From: Emergencia sp.
GTDB taxonomy: Bacteria; Bacillota; Clostridia; Peptostreptococcales; Anaerovoracaceae
Assembly (NCBI GenBank): GCA_036305845.1
Contig: JAXKAR010000015.1
Span: forward strand, 9,674 to 33,673
DNA length: 24,000 bases
Direction of reading: 5' to 3'
Shown here: one piece after another, positions 8,496 to 16,494 of the stretch
Position numbering within the stretch: the first letter of the stretch is position 1
Layout of the letters: every line of letters starts with the position of its first letter
Translations under genes and position numbers: made by a program
Notes under the pieces: model-generated
What the model saw: only the letters and a program-made list of their open reading frames with translations
Database searches by the model: none
What the model was told of the DNA's origin: nothing

Positions 8496-9885
8496 TTTAG
8501 TAAGAGAAAAGAATCCGATGCCTGAACAGGACCCTAACGTTCGTAACAAGAACTTCCTGGAAGTTTCTTCGGGCTATACGGAAGAAATGGCCATCAACGA
8601 GGCAATGAGATGCCTTAAGTGCCGCAAAAAGCCTTGTATGTCCGGTTGTCCGGTAATGGTTAAGATTCCTGATTTTATCGCAAAGATTGCGGAAGGTGAG
8701 TTTGAAGAGGCTTATCAGATTATCAGCGAAACCAGCAGCCTTCCTGCGATCTGCGGACGTGTCTGCCCGCAGGAAAACCAGTGTGAAGGCAAGTGCGTTC
8801 ACGGTGTAAAGGGTGAACCTGTTGCTATCGGTCGTCTGGAAAGATTTGCTGCTGACTGGCATGCTGCAAATTGTGGTGACGAGGAAATCAAACCGGCAGA
8901 AAGCAACGGACACAAAGTTGCTGTTATCGGCGCAGGTCCGGCAGGCCTTGCATGTGCAGGAGACCTGATCAATAAAGGTTACGAAGTAACGGTTTACGAA
9001 AGCTTACATAAGACCGGCGGCGTTCTGGTTTATGGTATTCCGCAGTTCCGTCTGCCAAAGGAAATCGTAGCAGCTGAGGTTGCAAAACTGGAAGCTAAGG
9101 GCGTTAAGTTTGTGACCAATGCTATCGTAGGCCGCGCAATTACAGTAGATGAGCTGATGAAAGAAGAAGGATTTGAATCCGTATTCATCGGTACTGGCGC
9201 AGGACTTCCATCTTTTATGAAGATTCCGGGCGAAAATCTGCTGGGCGTATGCTCTGCTAACGAATATCTGACGCGTATCAATTTGATGAAGGCTTATCTG
9301 CCTGAGTACGATACCCCGATTCAGAAGGTAAACAGAATTGCTGTAGTCGGCGGTGGAAATGTTGCAATGGACGCTGCAAGATGTGCAAAGCGTATGGGTG
9401 CAGAAGAAGTATATATCATCTATCGTCGTAGCATGGATGAACTGCCTGCAAGAGCAGAAGAAGTTCATCACGCTATCGAAGAAGGCATTATCTTCAAACT
9501 GCTGACCAACCCTGTAGAAATCAAGGGTGACGAAAAAGGTCATGTGACCGGTATCGAATGTGTCAGCATGGAATTGGGCGAACCTGATGCTTCCGGAAGA
9601 AGAAAACCGGTTGTTATCGAAGGCTCCAACCATGTAGTTCCTGTAGATATGGTTATCATGTCTATCGGAACCAAACTGAACACCCTGATTTTGGATACTA
9701 CTGAAAATCTGGAAGCAAACCAGAAGGGCGGTATCGGCGCTGATGAAACTGCAGCAACCAACCGTGACGGCATCTTCGCCGGCGGTGACGCTGTAACAGG
9801 TGCAGCTACAGTAATCAAGGCTATGGGCGCAGGTAAAACTGCGGCTGCAGGAATTGATGAATACCTGGGCGGCGAGTGCAAGTAG
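8488..9885 (+). CDS. nfnB: NfnB-like subunit (glutamate synthase small-subunit family, FAD/NAD(P) oxidoreductase)
   Basis: 465 aa from ATG 8488 (SD AGGAGGTG at 8471-8478). 'CLKCRKKPCMSGCPVMVKIPDFI', 'ICGRVCPQENQCEGKCVHG', 'VAVIGAGPAGLACAGDL', 'VVGGGNVAMDAARCAKRMGAEEVYIIYRR', 'GIFAGGDAVTGAATVIKAMGAGKTAA'. Overlaps nfnA by 8 nt. Confidence 0.9.
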   Translation: MINLVREKNPMPEQDPNVRNKNFLEVSSGYTEEMAINEAMRCLKCRKKPCMSGCPVMVKIPDFIAKIAEGEFEEAYQIISETSSLPAICGRVCPQENQCEGKCVHGVKGEPVAIGRLERFAADWHAANCGDEEIKPAESNGHKVAVIGAGPAGLACAGDLINKGYEVTVYESLHKTGGVLVYGIPQFRLPKEIVAAEVAKLEAKGVKFVTNAIVGRAITVDELMKEEGFESVFIGTGAGLPSFMKIPGENLLGVCSANEYLTRINLMKAYLPEYDTPIQKVNRIAVVGGGNVAMDAARCAKRMGAEEVYIIYRRSMDELPARAEEVHHAIEEGIIFKLLTNPVEIKGDEKGHVTGIECVSMELGEPDASGRRKPVVIEGSNHVVPVDMVIMSIGTKLNTLILDTTENLEANQKGGIGADETAATNRDGIFAGGDAVTGAATVIKAMGAGKTAAAGIDEYLGGECK

Positions 9886-9906
9886 TTCGAACCATAAAGA
9901 AAAATT

Positions 9907-9941
9907 CAAACAGCAGACAGGTCTCGCCTGTCTGCTGTTTT
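9907..9941 (+). terminator. Strong terminator of the redox operon
   Basis: AAACAGCAGACAGG-tctcg-CCTGTCTGCTGTTT, perfect 14-bp stem with 5-nt loop. Confidence 0.85.
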
Positions 9942-9989
9942 GTTAATCTTCGGGGCATAGGAGGGCATTAGGCCAACGGTTTTTTGCCT

Positions 9990-10131
9990 TTACTGAAAAT
10001 CCACCTATAAGCATAGATAAAAGTAAAAATAAGGGGAACGCCATGTTTAAAGGCTGAAGAGAAGGTTAAAGAGACGGATAAAGCCCTTGGGTTTTAATGA
10101 ATAAACGGCAAATAGATTGATTTTCAGTAAG
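9990..10131. repeat. Perfect 12-bp inverted repeat with arms 118 nt apart
   Basis: TTACTGAAAATC (9990-10001) / GATTTTCAGTAA (10120-10131). Confidence 0.7.
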
Positions 10132-10262
10132 AAAGCATCGTAAAGCTCTGGGAAAATATGATGAAGGTCAATTATTTTACTTTTTAATGCTCGATTAGTG
10201 ACTTTTTCAGTAAATGTAAAAAACGTTTGGGTGACAGAACCTGGGATTCAATTGGAAATTGT

Positions 10263-10291
10263 TTGCGCTGGATAAAAGCTTGTAGTATAAT
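10263..10291 (+). promoter_or_regulatory. Putative sigma-A promoter for the amidotransferase-macrodomain operon
   Basis: TTGCGC-N17-TATAAT. Confidence 0.55.
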
Positions 10292-10324
10292 CAAGCCATC
10301 ACAGATAGAAAGAGATTTTACCAG

Positions 10325-10993
10325 ATGAAGAAGATTTTAATTGCAGGCTGGGAGACAGCCATTGACAAATATGATGACGATATTGCAGCTTTTGCTAAGT
10401 TGGGATGTAAAGCTTTTCTTTCCCTGCATCCTGAGGATGCGGATGACGTGGATGGTATTGTATTTCCCGGCAGCATGCAGGGGGTAAACCCTAAGCTTTG
10501 GGGCGCAGAGAGCCAGGAAAACTGTGAGCTGAACGATGAGCTGGATAGACTCCAGGGGGTTTTTCTGGAAAAAGCCATAGAGAAACGGATTCCGGTTTTG
10601 GGTATTTGCAGAGGCATGCAGTACATCAATGTCCATCTGGGCGGTACGCTGAATCAGAAGATTCCAAGCTGGCAGATTCATCGGATTACAAAGCCGGAAA
10701 GCTACCACCAGATGCATCCGATGGAGGGAACTTTTATGGAGAGGCTTTTCGGAGAAGAAACGGAAATCAACACCCGCCATTACTGGGCGGTAGAAAACCT
10801 GGGTAAGGGACTTTATCTTACTGCCTTGTGGCATAATCCCGATAGCCGGGAAGAACAGGTTATAGAAGGGTATGCCCACAAGGATTATCCCATCATTGGC
10901 GTCCAGTGGCATCCGGAGAGAATGGTAGTGCATGGAGATCCGGTTCAGCAGGAGAATGGCAAAAAGATGCTGGAATACTGGCTTAGTTTATAA
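10325..10993 (+). CDS. Class-I glutamine amidotransferase-like protein, peptidase C26 / gamma-glutamyl-GABA hydrolase family (paralog 1)
   Basis: 222 aa. Nucleophile elbow '[16 protein letters not shown]', '[11 protein letters not shown]' (His/Glu of triad), 'INTRHYWAVENLGKGL'. Confidence 0.87.
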   Translation: MKKILIAGWETAIDKYDDDIAAFAKLGCKAFLSLHPEDADDVDGIVFPGSMQGVNPKLWGAESQENCELNDELDRLQGVFLEKAIEKRIPVLGICRGMQYINVHLGGTLNQKIPSWQIHRITKPESYHQMHPMEGTFMERLFGEETEINTRHYWAVENLGKGLYLTALWHNPDSREEQVIEGYAHKDYPIIGVQWHPERMVVHGDPVQQENGKKMLEYWLSL

Positions 10994-11007
10994 GGAAGGT
11001 GATACCC

Positions 11008-11682
11008 ATGAAAAGAATGATGATCGGCGGTTTTGAAAATGCGGAGAACCGATGTGACAATTATATAGAGGCATTTGCCAAGCTGGGCTGTGAAGCGTTT
11101 GTTTCTTTATCTGTGGAAGATCTTTTACATGCTGACGGACTGATTCTGCCGGGCAGCAGTCAAGATATGAACCCAAAGCTTTGGGGCGCAGAAGATGAAT
11201 GTTCCAATGACATTAACGATGGGTTAGATGCGTCCCAGTGGGCGCTTTTGGATCTGGCGAAAGAAACGAGTAAACCGGTTTTGGGAATATGCCGGGGAAT
11301 GCAGTTTATTAACGTGTATTTTGGCGGTACGTTGATCCAAGATTTAGACTGTGCAGAGTATCATAAAGCCGGCACGCCTGAACGGTATCATCAGCTGGAA
11401 ACTACTGAAGGCGGTTTCATGGAAGAACTCTATGGAAAGACTTGCCTGGTGAATACTCGTCATCACCAGGGGGTGGGACGTCTGGGCGATGGTCTTTCTC
11501 CCGCGGCGTTGTGGATAGATAATCGTCAGCAGGGCGAATCGGTTGTCGAAGCATTTTCCCACAAACAGTATCCGTTTATCGGCGTCCAGTGGCATCCGGA
11601 GAGGATGTTTGTCTGCGAAGAAAGAGAGGTTTCAATGGATGGAGAAAAATTGCTTCGCCATTGGCTTGGAGGTATAAAATGA
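11008..11682 (+). CDS. Class-I glutamine amidotransferase-like protein, peptidase C26 / gamma-glutamyl-GABA hydrolase family (paralog 2)
   Basis: '[16 protein letters not shown]', '[16 protein letters not shown]', '[11 protein letters not shown]'. ATG 11008 is preceded by SD AAGGAAGGTG; the track start at 10999 is a GTG inside the SD. Confidence 0.88.
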   Translation: MKRMMIGGFENAENRCDNYIEAFAKLGCEAFVSLSVEDLLHADGLILPGSSQDMNPKLWGAEDECSNDINDGLDASQWALLDLAKETSKPVLGICRGMQFINVYFGGTLIQDLDCAEYHKAGTPERYHQLETTEGGFMEELYGKTCLVNTRHHQGVGRLGDGLSPAALWIDNRQQGESVVEAFSHKQYPFIGVQWHPERMFVCEEREVSMDGEKLLRHWLGGIK

Positions 11683-12185
11683 TTAGGATATACAGAGGAG
11701 ATATAACAAAACTTCCGGTGGATGCTATTGTCAATGCAGCGAATCACAGTTTGCTTGGCGGCGGCGGTGTAGATGGAGCAATTCATCGGGCGGCAGGACC
11801 GGAGCTTTTGGCAGCCTGCCGTTTGCTTCACGGTTGTGAGACAGGGGATGCGAAAACGACAGAAGGATATCGGCTTGGTGCTAAGTACGTCATTCATACT
11901 GTAGGACCGGTATGGCAAGGTGGAGACCGGGGCGAAAGAGAAGCCCTTTCCGGCTGTTACCGGCGATCTTTGGAGGAAGCAGAGAAATATGGATGCAAAA
12001 CCGTTGCTTTTCCGGCAATCAGCACCGGGGTTTACGGCTATCCTAAGGAAGAGGCAGCAAAGACCGCATTACAGGCAATTCGTGCATATTTTGCAGCACA
12101 TAACAAGAGCTGTATAGAAGAGGTATTGCTGGTGGCTTTTGATGCGGCCAACGAAGAACTTTATCGAAGCTTGCTGAAGGTATAG
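11679..12185 (+). CDS. Macrodomain protein (O-acetyl-ADP-ribose deacetylase / ADP-ribosylhydrolase-like)
   Basis: [44 protein letters not shown]...[27 protein letters not shown]...[25 protein letters not shown] overlaps the previous stop (ATGA at 11679-11682). Confidence 0.93.
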   Translation: MIRIYRGDITKLPVDAIVNAANHSLLGGGGVDGAIHRAAGPELLAACRLLHGCETGDAKTTEGYRLGAKYVIHTVGPVWQGGDRGEREALSGCYRRSLEEAEKYGCKTVAFPAISTGVYGYPKEEAAKTALQAIRAYFAAHNKSCIEEVLLVAFDAANEELYRSLLKV

Positions 12186-12220
12186 CTTGTTACGAGAGAA
12201 TATGAAGATGAATCAATGAT

Positions 12221-12268
12221 CAAAAATCCGTCTTTTGGAAAAGTCGGATTTTTGATTTTTTTTGGACT
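12221..12268 (+). terminator. Terminator downstream of the macrodomain gene
   Basis: AAAAATCCG-T-CTTTT...AAAAG-T-CGGATTTTT followed by TTTTTTTT. Confidence 0.75.
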
Positions 12269-12307
12269 TTACAAACCTTTAACATAAATATGATTACACA
12301 CTTTACA
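12268..12307 (+). promoter_or_regulatory. Pho-box-like direct repeats upstream of the pst operon
   Basis: TTTACA (12268), TTAACA (12279), then TTTACA (12302), with roughly 11-bp helical phasing. Resembles Gram-positive PhoP/PhoB boxes; motif judgment only. Confidence 0.45.
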
Positions 12308-12375
12308 TTTCTTCGGTATATTAATCACGTAATCAAGTGAACAATAAAAAGAAAATAAATAAAAGGAGAAGAAAG

Positions 12376-13263
12376 ATGAAAAAGTTAAAGAAAATTTTAG
12401 CCGTAGGTATGGCGCTGGTTCTTATGGGAACAATGTTTACCGCATGTGGTGGTGGAGATGATTCTGCAGAAGGCGGCAGCGCAGCAGGCGGAATCCATGT
12501 TGTAACCCGTGAAGAAGGTTCCGGAACAAGAGGCGCTTTTGTCGAACTGTTCGGTATTGAAGTAAAAGACGATGCCGGTGAAAAAGTTGACCAGACAATC
12601 GAAACTGCAGAAGTAACCAACAGTACTTCCGTTATGATGCAGACTATCGCAGGCAATGAATCCGCAATCGGATATATTTCTCTGGGCTCCCTGGACGATA
12701 CAGTAAAAGCGCTCAAGGTTGACGGCGTTGAAGCTACTGCTGAAAATGTAAAGAGCGGCGACTACAAAGTTTCCAGACCGTTCAATATCGTAACTAAAGC
12801 AGATGTAAGTGAAACGGCTAAAGATTTTGTTTCCTATATCATGAGTGATGAAGGACAGGCTATTGTTGAAGAAGAAGGCTATATCAGTGAAGGCAGTGAA
12901 GGTGCATACGAAGGCGCAGGCGTTTCCGGCGAAATTACAATCAGCGGATCTTCCTCTGTAACACCGGTAATGCAGAAACTGGCAGAAGAATATATGGCAC
13001 TGAACAAAGATGTACAGATCAATGTACAGCAGTCCGATTCCACGACAGGCGTAACTGACGCAATCGAAGGCATCAGCGACATCGGTATGGCTTCCAGAGA
13101 AGTCAGCGAAGAAGAACTGGCACAGGGCGTTGAGGCACAGGCAATCGCACTTGACGGAATCGCAGTTATTGTAAACAACAACAGCACCCTTTCTGAAATC
13201 GCTTCCGAGTCCGTACTGGGTATCTATACCGGAACAATCACTGACTGGGCAGATGTGAAATAA
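12376..13263 (+). CDS. pstS: Phosphate ABC transporter substrate-binding lipoprotein, apparent circularly permuted lobe order
   Basis: Lipoprotein signal 'MKKLKKILAVGMALVLMGTMFTACGG', 'REEGSGTRGAF', 'AIGYISLGSLDDTVKAL', 'ITISGSSSVTPVMQKLAEEY', 'SDIGMASREVSEEE'. Followed by pstCAB-phoU. ATG 12376 is preceded by AAAAGGAGAAG. Confidence 0.88.
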   Translation: MKKLKKILAVGMALVLMGTMFTACGGGDDSAEGGSAAGGIHVVTREEGSGTRGAFVELFGIEVKDDAGEKVDQTIETAEVTNSTSVMMQTIAGNESAIGYISLGSLDDTVKALKVDGVEATAENVKSGDYKVSRPFNIVTKADVSETAKDFVSYIMSDEGQAIVEEEGYISEGSEGAYEGAGVSGEITISGSSSVTPVMQKLAEEYMALNKDVQINVQQSDSTTGVTDAIEGISDIGMASREVSEEELAQGVEAQAIALDGIAVIVNNNSTLSEIASESVLGIYTGTITDWADVK

Positions 13264-13274
13264 GAAGAAAATCC

Positions 13275-14138
13275 ATGAATAGAAATTTTAAGGAAAAAGC
13301 AATGCAGCTGGTATTTTTACTGGCTGCATGTGCGTCGATTATCGCAGTAATTTTAATATGTGTATTCATGTTCGGAAACGGCATACCGACCATGAGTAAA
13401 ATTGGTTTTTGGAATTTCCTCTCTGGAACAGAGTGGAAACCGATGCAGGATATCTACGGCATACTGCCAATGATAGTAGGCAGTATTTATGTGACGGTAG
13501 GCGCGATTATTATCGGTGTGCCTATTGGTTTGCTTTGCGCTACTTATATGGCGAGATTCTGTACGCCAAGGCTTCACAGTATGATGAAACCGGCTGTAGA
13601 TCTGCTGGCGGGAATTCCGTCTATTGTTTACGGATTCTTTGGCCTTGTGGTTATTGTGCCACTGATGCAGGATATTTTCCCGGGAACAAGCGGAAAGGGC
13701 ATTCTGACGGCTTCCATCATGCTTGGGATTATGATTCTGCCGACAATTATCAGTGTGTCAGAAGCGTCTATCCGCGCCGTTCCCGAGCATTACTATGAAG
13801 GTGCGCTGGCTCTCGGCGCCACCCATGAACGCAGTGTGTTTTTTACCGTTTTACCGGCCGCAAAATCAGGCATTATGGCTGCAGTGATTCTAGGCGTTGG
13901 CCGTGCAATCGGAGAAACCCTTGCCGTATCGGTTATTGTCGGAAACAGTGCTGTTATGCCGGAAAGCATTCTCAGTATGGCCAGAACCATGACGACCAAT
14001 ATCGTTATGGAGATGGGTTATGCTCAGGGATTCCACAGAGACGCACTGATTGCGACAGCCGTAGTTCTGTTCGTGTTTATTCTGATTATCAATCTGCTCT
14101 TTAATCTGATTAACAACAGGAGGGCAAAGGAATGTTAA
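13275..14138 (+). CDS. pstC: Phosphate ABC transporter permease
   Basis: 287 aa, multiple TM helices, EAA-type motif 'EHYYEGALALGATHERSVFFTVLPAAKSGIMAAVILGVGRAIGETLAV'. Confidence 0.93.
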   Translation: MNRNFKEKAMQLVFLLAACASIIAVILICVFMFGNGIPTMSKIGFWNFLSGTEWKPMQDIYGILPMIVGSIYVTVGAIIIGVPIGLLCATYMARFCTPRLHSMMKPAVDLLAGIPSIVYGFFGLVVIVPLMQDIFPGTSGKGILTASIMLGIMILPTIISVSEASIRAVPEHYYEGALALGATHERSVFFTVLPAAKSGIMAAVILGVGRAIGETLAVSVIVGNSAVMPESILSMARTMTTNIVMEMGYAQGFHRDALIATAVVLFVFILIINLLFNLINNRRAKEC

Positions 14139-14965
14139 AAAAGTATAAAGGTCAGCCGTTATCCCTCTTTCTCAGAATTCTTGTCAACTTGGCAGCGCTG
14201 ATTACGGTAGCGGTTCTGGTTTCTGTAGTGGGCTATATTCTGATTAAAGGCATTCCGAATCTGAAACCGGAGCTGTTTGCCTGGACGTTTACCACGGATA
14301 ATCAGTCCATGATGCCGGCAATTATCAATACACTGACGATTACGGCAGTAGCGCTTCTGATTGCAGTGCCGTTCGGTATTGGATCGGCAATCTATCTGGT
14401 GGAATATGCAAAAAGGGGAAACAAGCTGGTAAATGTTATTCGCCTGACGACGGAGACGCTATCGGGTATTCCTTCCATCGTGTATGGTTTGTTTGGCTAT
14501 CTGATGTTTGTCGTGGCTCTGGAATGGAGTTATTCTCTGTTGGCAGGAACATTGACGCTTGCGATTATGATTTTGCCGCTGATTATGCGAACCACAGAAG
14601 AAGCGCTGAAATCTGTGCCGGATACTTTCCGAGAAGGAAGCTTCGGCCTTGGTGCAGGAAAGCTGCGGACCGTATTTCGTATCGTTCTGCCTTCAGCCGT
14701 TCCCGGTATCCTGTCCGGTATCATTCTGGGAATAGGCAGAATTGTTGGCGAAACGGCAGCTTTAATATATACAGCAGGTACAGTTACAGGTGTTGCAAAC
14801 GGTCTCTTCTCCTCAGGACGAACCCTGTCAGTGCACATGTACGCACTCCTCTCCGAAGGGCTCTATACTGAACAGGCCTATGCAACGGCTGTAATACTGC
14901 TGATTGTGGTCATTGTCATCAATGCTATTTCCAGCATGATTGCAAAAAAGGTGACGAAGAAATAA
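14132..14965 (+). CDS. pstA: Phosphate ABC transporter permease
   Basis: 277 aa. 'LTTETLSGIPSIVYGLFGYLMFV', 'FREGSFGLGAGKLRTVFRIVLPSAVPGILSGIILGIGRIVGETAALIYTAG'. Confidence 0.93.
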   Translation: MLKKYKGQPLSLFLRILVNLAALITVAVLVSVVGYILIKGIPNLKPELFAWTFTTDNQSMMPAIINTLTITAVALLIAVPFGIGSAIYLVEYAKRGNKLVNVIRLTTETLSGIPSIVYGLFGYLMFVVALEWSYSLLAGTLTLAIMILPLIMRTTEEALKSVPDTFREGSFGLGAGKLRTVFRIVLPSAVPGILSGIILGIGRIVGETAALIYTAGTVTGVANGLFSSGRTLSVHMYALLSEGLYTEQAYATAVILLIVVIVINAISSMIAKKVTKK

Positions 14966-14977
14966 AGGGAGTTTTAC

Positions 14978-15727
14978 ATGGATAAATTTACGATAAAAGA
15001 TTTGAATTTATATTACGGTGATTTTCATGGATTGAAAGATATCAATCTGAACTTGCCGTCTAACGAGGTTACCGCCTTTATCGGCCCTTCCGGCTGTGGA
15101 AAATCCACTTTGCTGAAGACGCTGAACAGAATGAATGATCTGGTAGAAGGCTGCCGTATTGTAGGCGATGTACGACTGGATGGAGAAGACATCTATGGGG
15201 ATATGGACGTAAATAACTTGAGAAAACGGGTGGGCATGGTTTTTCAGAAACCAAATCCGTTTCCTATGAGCGTTTATGATAATATCGCCTATGGTCCCAG
15301 AACCCATGGCATTAGAAGTAAAGCGGAGCTGGATGAAATCGTTGAGACTTCGCTGAGAAATGCAGCAATCTGGGATGAACTGAAAGACAGACTGAAAAAA
15401 AGCGCTCTTGGCCTTTCCGGCGGGCAGCAACAGAGGCTTTGCATTGCCAGGGCTTTAGCGGTAAATCCGGAAGTGCTGCTGATGGACGAGCCAACCAGTG
15501 CGCTCGACCCAATCTCTACATCTAAAATCGAAGACTTGGCGCTGGAGTTAAAGGAAAAGTATACCATTATTATGGTTACCCACAATATGCAGCAGGCGCT
15601 TCGCGTATCAGATAATACCGCATTTTTCCTGTTAGGAGAAGTGATAGAATACGATAAGACAGAGAAACTCTTCTCTGTACCGTCCAACAAAAAGACGGAG
15701 GATTATATTACCGGGAGGTTTGGTTAA
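14978..15727 (+). CDS. pstB: Phosphate ABC transporter ATP-binding protein
   Basis: 249 aa. Walker A 'GPSGCGKST', signature '[35 protein letters not shown]'. Confidence 0.97.
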   Translation: MDKFTIKDLNLYYGDFHGLKDINLNLPSNEVTAFIGPSGCGKSTLLKTLNRMNDLVEGCRIVGDVRLDGEDIYGDMDVNNLRKRVGMVFQKPNPFPMSVYDNIAYGPRTHGIRSKAELDEIVETSLRNAAIWDELKDRLKKSALGLSGGQQQRLCIARALAVNPEVLLMDEPTSALDPISTSKIEDLALELKEKYTIIMVTHNMQQALRVSDNTAFFLLGEVIEYDKTEKLFSVPSNKKTEDYITGRFG

Positions 15728-16389
15728 TGAGAAACAAATTCGACGAACAGCTTGCACTGCTTAATGTGGAGCTGATTAAGATGGGAAGTCTTTGTGAACT
15801 TGCGATTTCCAACGCAATTAAAGGGCTTCTGGATGATAATGACGAGCTGCTCCATCTGGCGGCAGAGACAGATAGTGAAATCGATGAGAAGGAAAGAGAA
15901 ATCGAGAATATGTGTTTCAAACTGCTCCTGCAGCAGCAGCCGGTAGCAAGAGACCTGCGAACGATTTCTGCAGCATTGAAGATGATTTCTGACATGGAGC
16001 GAATCGGTGATCAGGCTTCTGATATTGCAGAAATTGCAGAATTTATCGAAGGGGAGCAGTCCAAGGAACACACACATCTGAAAGCGATGGCTGAGGCGGC
16101 GTCAAAGATGGTGACAGAATCCATTAAGTCCTTTGTAGATAAGGATCTGCAGCTTGCCAATAAAGTTATGGGGGATGATGATGTAGTGGATCATCATTTT
16201 GAGCAAATGAAAGAAGACATCATTGGTTTGATTCGTCAGGGAGAAGCCAGCGCAGAGCTTTCTCTGGATCTGCTCATGATCGCCAAGTATTTGGAACGAA
16301 TCGGTGATCACGCTGTAAACGTGGCTGAGTGGGTAGAATTCTCTATTACCGGTCAGCATATGAGTGAAGAGATGAGAACCAGAATATAA
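15727..16389 (+). CDS. phoU: Phosphate transport system regulator
   Basis: 220 aa, two PhoU repeats ('RDLRTISAALKMISDMERIGDQASDIAE', 'LDLLMIAKYLERIGDHAVNVAEW'). TAATG overlap with pstB. Confidence 0.95.
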   Translation: MRNKFDEQLALLNVELIKMGSLCELAISNAIKGLLDDNDELLHLAAETDSEIDEKEREIENMCFKLLLQQQPVARDLRTISAALKMISDMERIGDQASDIAEIAEFIEGEQSKEHTHLKAMAEAASKMVTESIKSFVDKDLQLANKVMGDDDVVDHHFEQMKEDIIGLIRQGEASAELSLDLLMIAKYLERIGDHAVNVAEWVEFSITGQHMSEEMRTRI

Positions 16390-16411
16390 AATGCGTTTTG
16401 CAGAAGAAAAC

Positions 16412-16456
16412 ATAACAGAAAAAGGAGTAGCTTATGCCGACTCCTTTTTCTGTTAT
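16412..16456. terminator. Bidirectional terminator between convergent phoU and the NhaC-family gene
   Basis: Perfect 17-bp inverted repeat ATAACAGAAAAAGGAGT / ACTCCTTTTTCTGTTAT with 11-nt loop. Confidence 0.7.
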
Positions 16457-16494
16457 AGGTTTATGTTTTAAAAAAGTTACAATATTGTGTGCCT

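Noticed and set aside
2963-8549. Multiple other ORFs antisense to or overlapping polyferredoxin, PFOR and Nfn genes (e.g. 2963-3427, 4514-5002, 5654-6043, 6449-7030, 7569-8015, 8166-8549)
   Set aside because: All lie inside strongly supported coding sequences and show shadow-ORF composition.
9004-9909. 301-aa minus-strand ORF antisense to nfnB
   Set aside because: Low-complexity, Cys/Phe/Ser-rich translation with no recognisable motif; plus strand is confidently NfnB.
11589-11678. N-terminal 30-aa extension of the macrodomain ORF in the track
   Set aside because: The fold begins at [11 protein letters not shown] (ATG 11679, overlapping the upstream stop); the extension lies within the upstream amidotransferase gene.
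11526-11918. 130-aa minus-strand ORF across the amidotransferase/macrodomain junction
   Set aside because: Overlaps two well-supported genes; no motif or translation signal.
12337-12375. Upstream GTG start for pstS (MNNKKKINKRRRK...)
   Set aside because: SD AAAAGGAGAAG is correctly placed for ATG 12376, which starts a standard lipoprotein signal peptide.
13409-13798. Plus-strand alternative-frame ORF inside pstC, and 14524-14871 inside pstA
   Set aside because: Out-of-frame with confidently assigned permease genes; no independent signals.
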